In this document: positions 12,580-23,426 of the stretch, one piece after another
Position numbering within the stretch: position 1 is the first letter of the stretch
Layout: every line of letters starts with the position of its first letter
NCBI GenBank assembly: GCA_025594325.1
Contig: JANHCV010000001.1
Coordinates: 2,294,001-2,358,000 of the forward strand
Source of the DNA: Blastocladiella emersonii ATCC 22665
Taxonomy: Eukaryota > Fungi > Blastocladiomycota
Reading direction: 5' to 3'
Length of the DNA: 64,000 bases
Position numbers and translations under genes: made by a program
Notes under the pieces: generated by a model
Databases searched by the model: none
Seen by the model: only the letters and a program-made list of their open reading frames with translations
Told to the model about the DNA's origin: nothing

Positions 12580-12833
12580 CGGGCGGGTCGGTGGCCCACG
12601 CGTCCGTCGTCGCCGATGGTGGCGGAGTTCCGTGTGGCGCATCGCCGCGGCGCCGATTGGTCGCACGCGATGCACCACTCGCCGGTCCACCCTGACGTCA
12701 CTCGATTTGGAAGGTGCACGTGCGCGACGATCATCTGGCTTTGCCTTCGTCTGCCGCGCGTCGAGCAAGACAGCGAAGGTCGCGACGCTCATCTCGGATC
12801 GTAGCCACTCCTTGACGTATGCAGCTCTTACAA

Positions 12834-12844
12834 CTTGATGCAAC
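12834..12844 (+). promoter_or_regulatory. Candidate promoter motif CTTGATGCAAC upstream of DBP5 copy B
   Basis: Exact 11-mer about 95 nt upstream of the ATG at 12938. Confidence 0.45.
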
Positions 12845-12937
12845 TCGCTCCGCCGCGATCGCTGAACAAGTATCAGCTCGAGGACTCGACTCACGCCTCT
12901 CGCGTGTGCACGCGGTCGCTCATCTAGTCTGCCAGCC

Positions 12938-14704
12938 ATGAGTCGCCGCCACCACGCTCCCGCCCCCGCCGCGGGTGCCGCTTCTTCCGCCTGGGGCCAC
13001 GAGGACCCGGTCGAAGTGTCGTGGGCCGAGGTCGACTCTGACGAGGACATGCTCGGGTCCGCGCACGTCGCCACAAATGCCGCGCAGCAGTCCCGCCGCC
13101 GCCGCAACTCGGGCCGCGGAGGACGTTCCGCCGGCCACCAGGCCGAGGGCCGCCCCATGAACCCCGCCGCCGCCGCTCCGCAGGGCGCCGCGCTCGAGAT
13201 CATCCCGCTCAACAACGGGTCGCGCCGCAACAACCGCAAACCCGCTGCGCCCGCGCAGGCACCAGCTGCGCCCTCCTCGCGCCCGTCGTCGTCGCGCGCC
13301 AAGCCCGCCGCTCCTCCGGCCGCGCCGACTGATGACGACGGTGATGTGCCCATTGCCGAGGACGAGGAGGAGCCCCACGTCGGCCTGTACGAGGACTTTG
13401 ACCCGACCGCCATCGCCGTCAAGCTCTTCAACCGCGACGACCCCAACTCGCCGCTCTACTCGGTGAGCCGGTTCGAGGACCTCGGCCTGTACGTTGCTTC
13501 TCGCTTGATTTTACCGTCCACTTCAACTCACTCGTCCAAAACCCGATCGTGTAGTGCCGACAACCTCCTGCGCGGGCTCTACGCCATGAACTTCAACAAG
13601 CCGTCCAAGATCCAGGAGCGCGCCCTGCCGCTCCTCCTGCACAACCCGCCCACCAACCTCATCGCGCAGTCGCAGTCCGGCACGGGCAAGACCGCCGCCT
13701 TTGTCCTCGGCATGCTCGCGCGCTGCGACTACTCCGAGTCGGTCGGCGCGGGCCCGCAGGCCGTCTGCATCGTCAACGCGCGCGAGCTCGCGGTCCAGGT
13801 TGTCGACGTGGTGCGCCAGATGGCCGTGCACACCGAGGCCCGCGTCGCCCTCATCACCGCCGGCGAGTCGTGGCCCTCTGAGGGCGCCCACATCGTCGTC
13901 GGCACCCCGGGCCGCATCCTCGACCTCGCCCAGCGCCGCGCCATCTCGCTCAGCAAGGTCAAGATCCTCGTCGTCGACGAGGCCGACTCGATGCTCTCGG
14001 CCCAGAACCTCGGCACCCAGGCCTCGCGCATCAAGCCGCTCGTGCCCAAGACCGCCCAGATCGTGCTCTTCTCCGCCACCTTCGCCGAGAAGGTGCTCAA
14101 GTTCGCCGAGCGGTTCGCGCCCGAGGCCAACCTCATCACGCTCGCCCGCGAGGAGGTCAAGGTCGACGCGATTGCCCAGTTCGCGCTCGCCGTGCCGCCG
14201 GGCCTCGACCAGAAGATCGCCGCGCTCGACGACATCTACGGCCTGCTGTCGGTCGGCCAGTCCATGGTGTTCGTCGACCGGCGCGATGACGCGTACCGCG
14301 TGGCCAAGGCCATGCAGGACGCCAGCCACGAGGTGGTGGTGCTCACGGGCCAGGACGACCCCGCGGTCCGCGACCAGACCATGGACGCGTTCCGGTCCGG
14401 CCGCGCCAAGGTGCTCATCTCGACCAACGTGGTCGCCCGCGGCATCGACATCCCGCAAGTCAACCTCGTGGTCAACTTCGACGTGCCCAAGTTCCAGAAC
14501 CGCCCCGACTTCGAGTCGTACATGCACCGTATCGGGCGCACCGGCCGGTTCGGCCGCGCCGGCGTCGCCATCAACATCATCGACGGCCGCGAGTCGCAGC
14601 AGATCCTCGACCGGATCATTGACCACTACAAGCTCACGGTGCACCGCATGCCGAATGACTTCGAGGCCATGGAGAAGCTGCTCAAGGAGGTCCAGGCCCG
14701 CTAA
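12938..14704 (+). CDS. DBP5: DEAD-box RNA helicase, Dbp5/DDX19 family, copy B (canonical-looking)
   Basis: DPNSPLYS..FEDLGL, FNKPSKIQERALP, AQSQSGTGKT, DEAD, FSAT, ARGID, HRIGRTGRFGR. An in-frame 66-nt intron at 13489-13554 (GTACGT..TAG) is read through in the ORF track. Confidence 0.92.
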   Translation: MSRRHHAPAPAAGAASSAWGHEDPVEVSWAEVDSDEDMLGSAHVATNAAQQSRRRRNSGRGGRSAGHQAEGRPMNPAAAAPQGAALEIIPLNNGSRRNNRKPAAPAQAPAAPSSRPSSSRAKPAAPPAAPTDDDGDVPIAEDEEEPHVGLYEDFDPTAIAVKLFNRDDPNSPLYSVSRFEDLGLYVASRLILPSTSTHSSKTRSCSADNLLRGLYAMNFNKPSKIQERALPLLLHNPPTNLIAQSQSGTGKTAAFVLGMLARCDYSESVGAGPQAVCIVNARELAVQVVDVVRQMAVHTEARVALITAGESWPSEGAHIVVGTPGRILDLAQRRAISLSKVKILVVDEADSMLSAQNLGTQASRIKPLVPKTAQIVLFSATFAEKVLKFAERFAPEANLITLAREEVKVDAIAQFALAVPPGLDQKIAALDDIYGLLSVGQSMVFVDRRDDAYRVAKAMQDASHEVVVLTGQDDPAVRDQTMDAFRSGRAKVLISTNVVARGIDIPQVNLVVNFDVPKFQNRPDFESYMHRIGRTGRFGRAGVAINIIDGRESQQILDRIIDHYKLTVHRMPNDFEAMEKLLKEVQAR

Positions 14705-15034
14705 TGATTCCCTAGTCCATTGGCGGCCGTGGTCTGAGCGCTGATGCGACGATATATCTGTCCATTCTCAAGGAGGTCCATGCCCGCTGCTCCATCGGTG
14801 ATCGTGGTCTGAGCGCTGAGGAGTTGATGGCCATGGTGGGTGGTGGTGCCCTTCGAGCGAGGCCGCGAGGGGACGACGGGGCGTCGCACAGCAGCGGGCC
14901 AGCTGGCCGGAACCGCTGATCCCTCAACTCCTCCCCTTCCCTCCCTCACCCCGCACAAGACTCTTGCGAAAATTAATCCACACTTTCTGCAACGCATCAA
15001 CGAACCTGCAACCGACGCACCTCTGCCCGCCGCC

Positions 15035-16209
15035 ATGTCGACCGCGAACCCGAGCAACCCGCCATCACACGGCGCTTCCGCCTCGCAGACGACGCAGTTC
15101 AAGGCGCCCCCGCCGATGCGCAAGGCCAACGCTGCCGCCGCGCGGCCACCATCTACAGTGGCAGCGAGCGGAAACGATGCAGCGCCAAAGGAGCGGTCGT
15201 GGTCGCTGCACGACTTTGACATTGGCAAGCCGCTCGGCAAGGGCAAGTTCGGCCGCGTGTACATGGCGCGCGAGAAGCAGAGCGGGTACATTGTCGCGCT
15301 CAAGATCCTCGTCAAGGAGGAGCTGCAGAAGGAGCGCGTCGAGAACCAGCTGCGCCGCGAGATTGAGATTCAGAGCAACCTGCGGTACGGAGCATCCGGG
15401 TGCTGTCTAGGCGGTGCGGAACGTGCCGGCTGACTCGGGGAGCGTGCGCACTTTGTAGCCACCCCAACATCCTGCGGTTGTACGGCTACTTCTACGACTC
15501 GAAGCGCGTGTACCTGATCCTCGAGTACGCGTCCAAGGGCGAGCTGTACAAGCTGCTCAAGGAGGAGGGCACGTTCGACGTGGTGGCGGCGGCGCGGTAC
15601 ACGGCGCAGCTCGCCAACGCGCTGCTGTACCTGCACTTCAAGAACGTGATCCACCGCGACATGAAGCCCGAGAACATTCTGCTGACGGCCAACGGCACCA
15701 TCAAGCTGTCCGATTTCGGGTGGTCGGTGCACGCGCCCAACTCGCGGCGCACCACGCTGTGCGGGACCATGGACTACCTGTCGCCCGAGGTCGCCGAGAG
15801 CCGGCCGCACGACGCGGCCGTCGACCGGTGGTCGCTCGGCATCCTCCTGTACGAGTTCCTCACGGGCATGCCGCCGTTCGAGGAGAAGTCGCACACGGCC
15901 ACGTTCAAGCGCATCTCGCACGTCGACCTCAAGATCCCCGCCTCGGTCGACCCGCTCGCCGCCGACCTCATCAACAAGCTCCTCGTCCGCGAACCCTCCA
16001 AACGCCTCATGCTCCACGAGGTCCTCGAGCACCCGTTCCTCACCACCTACTGCCCCGACACTCTCGCCGACCTCTACCAGCCCTCGGCGCTCGTCCAGCA
16101 CCTCCGCTCGCTCCGCGGCACCTCTGACGCGGCCGCGGCGAGTGCGAGTTCGAGCTCCGCTATGGCCGTCGACAGCGACAGCGCGTCGGCGACCGCGGTC
16201 GCGCCTTGA
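15035..16209 (+). CDS. IPL1: Aurora kinase (Ipl1/Ark1)
   Basis: [86 protein letters not shown]. Intron 15385-15458. Confidence 0.95.
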
Positions 16210-16459
16210 CGGGCCGAGCGCGCCAGTACTTGAAAAACATGATCTTCCTTTTTGCGTTCAACCTCTGGGTCCTGCTGCCGTACGAGGTGACGAACGCGGC
16301 CGGTGGCCGGCCCCTCCACTGCGCCTCTCTTCGGCTCCCTCTCCCATTCCATGAGGCTGCCAGTCGTGGATGTAACTGAATGCAACTGAATGCAAGGTAA
16401 ATGTGACCTCAGAAACAACGCTATGGAATGATTCTTACCGGCGAGCGGACCCGTGCCAG

Positions 16460-17529
16460 ATGCCCATCGTGCACGGCCTGAACATTTTCATCGAGGTGAA
16501 CGGCATCAAGGCCGAGGAGTACAAGGTTGCGACGACGACCCGCGACGACGGCGTTCTCGAGACCCGCTGCGCCATCGAGAGCATCAGCGGCGCCCGGTTC
16601 GGCGCAACCGCGACCAACTTCGGCCATGTCTACCGCGACGTGTGCGCCATGCTCGTCGTCGACGGCAAGCCGACGTTGATTACGAGCTCGTTCCTCTCAG
16701 CGCGCCCCAACGTTCTCGATTTTGCCATCAACTACGGCTCCAAAAAGGTCCCGCTCGTCTTTGCGCCGATGCGCCCCGTCGCTGAGGATGAGCAAGTGGA
16801 TGAACTGGACAAGACGCTGATCAGCAACGACGAGCTGGACGGCGTCGGCCAGATCCGCGTCGAGATCTGGACGGGGCAGCAGCAGGAGTCTCGGCAGACA
16901 ACGACAAACAACCGCAAGCAGGTCATTCTTACCGAGAAGCAGAAGAAGGCGGCCCAGGTCACGCATACGACAAGGTACGGTTCGCTGACTGACCCGCGAA
17001 TTGGCGGACAAACACTAACTGATTGGTGCACTGCAGCTACGGCGAACCCTTCGCCCATTACAGCCGTCCGACCATGATCATGGTGCCCAAGAAGCTGCTC
17101 CACAGCTTCATCTTCGATTACATGAGCCGCGGTACGTTTTCGTTGCCACGTTTCGAGCAAGTACAGTGCTGACCTCGTCCGCGCTTCGGATTAGACATGC
17201 TCGAGGTCCGCAAGTACATTGACACACCCGACGTGACGGCGACCACGCTCGACGTGCCCTCATTGTCCTCGGCCTCGGCGGCTCGAGTCAAGCCCGAGCG
17301 CGGCACGACGCAGTTCATCGACCTCACTGGGCTCGGCAGCGGCGACTCGAGCGCGCACAAGCGCCGCCGCACGAACGAAGGACCGGTCGGTCCGACGCCC
17401 GTCGTCCACCTCGACGACAGCGACGACGAGGAAACCTCGCGTGCGCCGCGCAAGCTGCCCGTCAAGTCGGAGCCGTTGTCCACCGCCAACTCGACCGTGA
17501 TCAGCCTTCTCAGCGACGATGACGATTGA
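16460..17529 (+). CDS. Uncharacterised tandem-array protein, copy 1 (DUF7918-like)
   Basis: Three exons with GT-AG introns after 16974 and after 'DYMSR'. Family motifs EEY..RCAIES.SG, GQIRVEIW, LTEKQKKAA..THT, FIFDYMSR|DML. Confidence 0.8.
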
Positions 17530-17830
17530 GATTCATCGAGGAAACAGAAGCTTTGGTGCCTGTCGCCGCTAGCCCAATATCATATAATTCATCATCGCCG
17601 AAATGCCTGTCGACTCCGTGGACGCGCTGCGCCACACCATGCCGATCAGCTGAGCCGTGGGCTGATTCCCTCATTTTGAAGCCCCCACCTCGTCGCCGAC
17701 ATCGCCTCTCCCGACCCACACACAGTTCATTTCAGAGCTGAATGTAACTTGATGCAAGGTAAACACTGAAGCTATTATGTCACATTGGAAGCACCGCGGA
17801 GACTAAATGCGGGTTGCGGCACGGCGGCAG

Positions 17831-18904
17831 ATGCCCGTGATTGACAGCTTGAAGGTCTTCGTCGAGGTGAACGGCACCAAGGCCGAGGAGTACAAGGTCG
17901 AGACGACGACCCGCGACGACGGCGTTCTCGAGACCCGCTGCGCCATCGAAAGCATCGCCGGTGCTCCCTTTGGTGCACATGTTTCGAACGTGGGACACGT
18001 CTACCGAAACGTTTGCGCGGTGCTCTACGTCGATGGCAAGTCGACGCTAATCACCAACAACTTCCTAAACTCAACGCCGAACATTATGAATGACGCCATC
18101 CAGTACGGTCCGGGCGGCGCGAAGCGAGCCCCGCTGCTCTTCGCAGTGATGAAGCCAGTTGCCGAGGGCGACGTCGTCAATGATCCAAACCAGACGCTGA
18201 TTGACAACGACGCACTTGACGGCGTCGGTCAGATCCGCGTTGAGATTTGGACCGGTCGGCAGGAAGAGCGACGGGTTGGGTCGTCCTCGTCCTCGTCCAG
18301 TCCACACCGTCAGGTTGTCTTGACCGAGAAGCAGAAGAAGGCTGCTCTTGTCACGCACACGGCGGCGTAGGTTCTTGTTCCTCTGTCGCCCGCGTAGCAA
18401 AAGCTGACTCCTATTCGCTTCCAGATACGGCGCGCCATCCCGCGACTACGTGCCGAGTCGGAAAAGGATGTACAAGCAGAAGCTGATGCACGTCTTTATT
18501 TTCGACTACATGAGCCGCGGTACGCTCTTCTCAAGCGCTTTTGCGAGCACTGCTGACCTCGGAAATTGCGAGTAGACATGCTTGAGGTGCGCAAGTACAT
18601 CGCGACGCCCGACATCACGTCGACCGCGCTTGCCGCTTCCACCCCGACGTCCCCGCCGCCCAAGGTCAAGCCCGAGCGCGGCGCGACGCAAGTGATCGAC
18701 CTGAGCGGCGGCGATGGCGACTCGGCTGTCAGCAAGCGCCGCCGCCCGAACGAGGGACCCGTTCGCCCGACGCCCGTCGTCTACCTCGACGACAGCGACG
18801 ACGAGGAAACCTCGCGGGCGCCGCGCAAGCTGCCCGTCAAGTCGGAGCCGTCGTCCACCGCCAACTCGACCGTGATCAGCCTTCTCAGCGACGATGACGA
18901 GTGA
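17831..18904 (+). CDS. Uncharacterised tandem-array protein, copy 2
   Basis: Same exon structure and motifs as copy 1, with near-identical nucleotide blocks shared with copy 1. Confidence 0.8.
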
Positions 18905-19222
18905 ACCGGTTCGCATAGCTATGAGGTGACGTGTTGTTTACCCTCGAGTTTCTGTATCGTCTAATTTGTACATTCTCTCTCCTGGAGCCGCTGGTGCTTG
19001 AAGACGTTTGACGCGAAGGTGAACTTCGCGTTGAGCGCGTCCACGGTGAACCGGGTGACTCACGGGTGACTCCTTCGCGACCAGCGCTTCTCCTCTCCTC
19101 CCTTCGCTCTCATCGTCGTGATTGATAGCGTGTTGAGCCCGAATGTAACCGCATGCAAGGTAGCTGAATTATGAGCACAAGCACTGAGAACGAGTCCTGA
19201 CTGCTGAACCGCCGCCGTGCAG

Positions 19223-20312
19223 ATGCCTACGAACCACGGCATCCGCGTCGTCGTTGAGGTGGCCGGCGTCGAGGCCGAGGAGTACAAGGTCAAGACGACG
19301 ATGCGCGAGGACGGCGTCCGAGCAACCCGCTGCGCCATCGAGAGCATCAGCGGCGCCCAGCTCGGTGTGCATGTCTCGCGGGTGGGGTCCGGCTACGGCA
19401 AGAAAGTCGTTGCCGAACTCATTGTCGATGGCGAGTGCACGCTGATCACGAACAGCTACATTACCGCGGATCCAACTACGATGGACTTTGCCGTCCAGCC
19501 CACCGAGGATGGCGCAAAGCGGGTTCCGCTTCTCTTCGCCCCGATGCAGCCCGTTGCCGAGGAATCGGCAGTCGGCGACCCCGGCCAGCGGCTCGTCGAC
19601 AATGGCGCACTGGATCGAGTCGGTCAGATCCACGTCGAGATTTGGACTGCGCGCAGTGCGCCTGAAGCGCGCCGACACTCTCGGGACCAAGATGCCGACT
19701 TCGACTCGCTGAACACGCAACGCCAGGCCATCCTCACCGAGAAGCAGAAGAAGTCGGCGCTCGTGACGCACACGGTTGGGTACGTGGATCTTTGTTCGTT
19801 GTTTCGCACTGAGAAGCTCAACTGACGGATTCCTGTAGCTACGGCCCGCCGATCGAGGATTTCGTTGCGGGGCAGCCCAAGGTGCGCAGAGTCAAGCTCA
19901 TCCACGTTTTCGTCTTCGACTACCTGAGTCGCGGCACGCCCGTCATGCTCATCGCTGCGCGTGAACTGTACTGACGCCGTGACTAGACATGCTCGAGGTC
20001 CACGGCTACATTCCCGCGGCGCCCGGTGCTACGTCCGCGTCAACTTCGAGCGCCGCTGACCCCGAGCGCGACGACGCGTCCCGCGAACTCATCGACGTCA
20101 AGAGCGAGGCCAACCCGCACGCGAACAAGCGTCACCACCCGAACAAGGAGTCCATCCGCACGCCGTCGGTCGTGTACCTCGACGACAGCGACGACGAGGA
20201 GGAGGAGTCGCGTGCGCCGCGCAAGCTGCCCGTCAAGTCGGAGCCCTCGTCCTCGTCGAGCACCACCAAGTCGACCGTGATCACCCTGCTCAACAGCGAC
20301 GATGAGGAGTGA
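19223..20312 (+). CDS. Uncharacterised tandem-array protein, copy 3
   Basis: EEY..TRCAIESISG, GQIHVEIW, ILTEKQKKSALVTHT, VFDYLSR|DML, acidic terminus VITLLNSDDEE. Confidence 0.8.
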
Positions 20313-20564
20313 GTCGGTGTATGATTTGTGTCGTTCACGTCGGGCTCGATGAAGCCTGGCCGAGTATCGTTTGATATACCTCTGATTTGGAGACGTTTTG
20401 ACCCGCCGCGGAGACGCGTTGTTCATCCGGTAACGAGCCACGTGCCGTCAGGTCGCGCGGCGCAGCACGCGTTTCGCATGGGTCGCGCGTACGCACGCCA
20501 ACAGCTCCTCCTGGCAAGGAAGGCCTTGAATGCAACACCCACTTGAAGCAGACTTTACGCAAAC

Positions 20565-21733
20565 ATGCCACGCATAGATGATATTGACGCCCGAGTGGTC
20601 GTGAACGGTGTCGCTGCCGTCGAGTACAACGTCACCACGACGCGCAACGCGGACGGGACTTTTGTCACGCGCTGCGCCATTGAGGCCTCGAATGACGCCG
20701 CCTTCCACGTTTCGATCATAAACCACGACGCTGTCCGCCACCCGAACCTGATTCCGACGCTCGAAGTCGACGGGCAGCTCGCGGGGATCAAGAAGCGGTT
20801 CGTCGACGAGAAGCCGACGCTGATTCGGTCGTTCGTTCGCGGTTCCGGTGCGCTCCTCCGTTTCAGCCGCGGGGGAGCAACTGTGCACTGACGTTCGAGC
20901 GCGTCGGCAACTGCGTGTAGACAAGTTCCCGCTCCGCTTCGCGCGCATGGTCCCCGTCGAGGAGGGCGAGGAGCTCTCAAGCGACAAGGCCGTGCTCGCG
21001 TCGCACGACCAAGTCAAGTCGGTCGGCCAGCTGCGCGTGTTCCTGCGCAAGGCCATGCTGCGGCAGCGCACCCGCCCTAGCTCTTCGACGGCCACCGCGA
21101 CATATGAGCAGCCCAAGCAGCTCGTCCTGAGCGAGCGGCAGAAGAAGGCCGCGCACATCACGCACACCGTCGAGTACGTTCTCGGTGCCGTTTTCTTTCC
21201 TCTCGGTGTTGACTGACGCCATGGATCGACAGGTTTGGCGATCCCAAGACCCGTCGACCATCGCAGCTCAAGGCCAAGTATCTCGAGACGACCCACGAGT
21301 TCATTTTCGAGTACGAGAGCCGCGGTACGCTAGACCTGGTTGCCGGATGCTCCAGGCCCCACTCACCTCGCCTATCCTTCTCTCGACAGACATGCTGGAC
21401 GCCAAGGGGTACCTCGACATTGTCGAAGAAGTCGCTCAGCCTGCTGCTCCTCATCCTGTCGTCAAGCGCGAGATCAAGCGGGAGCGCGATGTCGAGGTGG
21501 CGGTCAAGTCGGAGGAGGGGTCCTCGCCGATCGCGAAGCGCCAGCGTCTCGAAGCTGCCGGCCCGCCTTCCCGCCAGGTCGTCTACCTCGAGGACAGCGA
21601 CGGTCAAGTCGACGACAACGAGTCGGTGGCAATTTCGTTCGAGCCAGCGCTGGTCCAGGCAAAGCCGCTGGTCCAGGCCAAGCCGCTGACGAGCCCACGG
21701 TTTATCAGCCTGCTGGACAGCGACGATGAGTGA
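20565..21733 (+). CDS. Uncharacterised tandem-array protein, copy 4
   Basis: VEY..TRCAIEAS, extra intron before KFPLRFA, GQLRVFL, LSERQKKAAHITHT, FIFEYESR|DML, terminus FISLLDSDDE. Confidence 0.78.
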
Positions 21734-22011
21734 ACGAACACGAATGAATGACTTTGCACACTATTGGATAGCTTTCCACTTTTGAGTGGTCGTGGACAGC
21801 TTTTGCGAGCCTCGGAGGTGTGACCGCGCGTTTTTCATGCGCACGTGGGATCGCTGCAAGTTGGGGACTTGTTGGCGGGGCCTCTCCCGTTTCCCTTACT
21901 CACCAGGGTCCCCTTTGCACGACTGAATTAGTGCGCATCCCATTCCCTAACAACCTGCAATGAATTACTTATGAATGCATGGATCCCCTGCGGAACAAGC
22001 AGTGAAGCGCG

Positions 22012-23142
22012 ATGCCGGCGGTCGACGACTTCAACGTTCAGCTGTTCATCGCGGGCGAGGCCGCCAAAGAGTACGGCCTCACCGTTACCGAAGTCGAAAA
22101 TGGGATCACGGAGGTGCGCTGTGCTGTCGAATGCGTGACCGGTGCCGAGTTTTGGTGCCAGGCCGCATTCTTGGGGCGTGGCCGTTCGGAGCGCGTCGCC
22201 GACCTCCGCGTGGATGGCCGCTTCATGATGGGTACCGGCGATTTCCTCAACAGGAAGCCAGCGCACCTCAATTATGCGCGGATGAGAGGCGGTACGCGCT
22301 GCTCTCCGCTCTTTAATTTGGATGCAAATTCACACTCGACGACGCAGAGAAGTTCCCGCTGCGCTTCGCACCGCTTCGTGCCGTCCCAGTTGGCGAGGAG
22401 CCCGACGAGACCGAGGACGTGGTCGTTGCCGAAAAGGAGGACGTCAAGAACGTGGGCACGATTTGCGTCGAGCTCTCCTTCGCGCGGATCGTGGGCCGCA
22501 ACCGGAACGAGGACCGCCGCCGCGAAATGTCCTCGAAAGTCGTCCTCGCCGAGATCCAGAACAAGGACGCCAAGCTGACGCACACGGCCGAGTGCGCATC
22601 TCGTTCCTTTCCCCGGCAATTGACGCTGATCGTTTGTGCGATTGGTAGGGTGGGAAAATCCCTGGGCAAGACAAAGCCGTGCAAGGACCAGTGGGAGCTC
22701 ATGGACATCAGCCATCGCTTCGCTTTCGAGTATATGTCGCGCGGTACGGTACTTCGTGACAAGTCGGGGTTCCGGTGTGACCTGTGCTTCACAATTTACT
22801 CGTGTAGACATGCTCGAGGTCAAGGGCTACCTGCCGACCCGCGGTGGCAGCAGCTCCATCAAGCGCGAGCGCCCAAGCAGTCCCGAGCAGGTCTCGGGCG
22901 CGGTGGGCCCGAAACGGCCGCGGTATGCTGCTCCCGCTGTGCAGCCCACGTTCGAGGTCATCGAGCTGCTTGACAGCGACGAAGCGGACGCCACGGTTGT
23001 GGTCAAACCGGAGTCGTTCGGCCGTTCTCCTGCTCGAGTCGTCAAGAAGGAGCCGCAGGGCCAGCGACTGCCCGTGGCGCCTCGTCAGCTGCCGACGTTT
23101 GAGACCATCGACCTCATGGACCACGACGACGATGATAAGTAG
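22012..23142 (+). CDS. Uncharacterised tandem-array protein, copy 5
   Basis: KEY..EVRCAVECVTG, |EKFPLRFA, GTICVEL, NKDAKLTHT, FAFEYMSR|DML, terminus TIDLMDHDDDDK. Confidence 0.78.
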
Positions 23143-23426
23143 CATGGATTTGAAATGTATGAAACTTCACTTTGCTTACTCTGTGTACTTCCTTGTCACC
23201 AGCGAAGAGACGCGACTAGCGGCGGTCAACGGATATACGCGTTGTTCAGGCGCACGTGTGGTCGGCGCCACCACCACTGCCCCAGCAACGACATCAGGAC
23301 GTCGCCGCTCGTTCCCTCAACCTCTCTCCATCACGCTTAGCGAGTGCGTCATTCGCCCACCCAACCTACTGCAATGTTTATCTCATGCAATCATGTCCCC
23401 ACTGCTGCGCAGTAGACCGATCCGCG

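Noticed and set aside
13489-13554. Apparent 22-aa insertion (YVASRLILP..) in DBP5 copy B
   Set aside because: It is an in-frame GT-AG intron without stops. Removing it restores FEDLGLADNLLRG.
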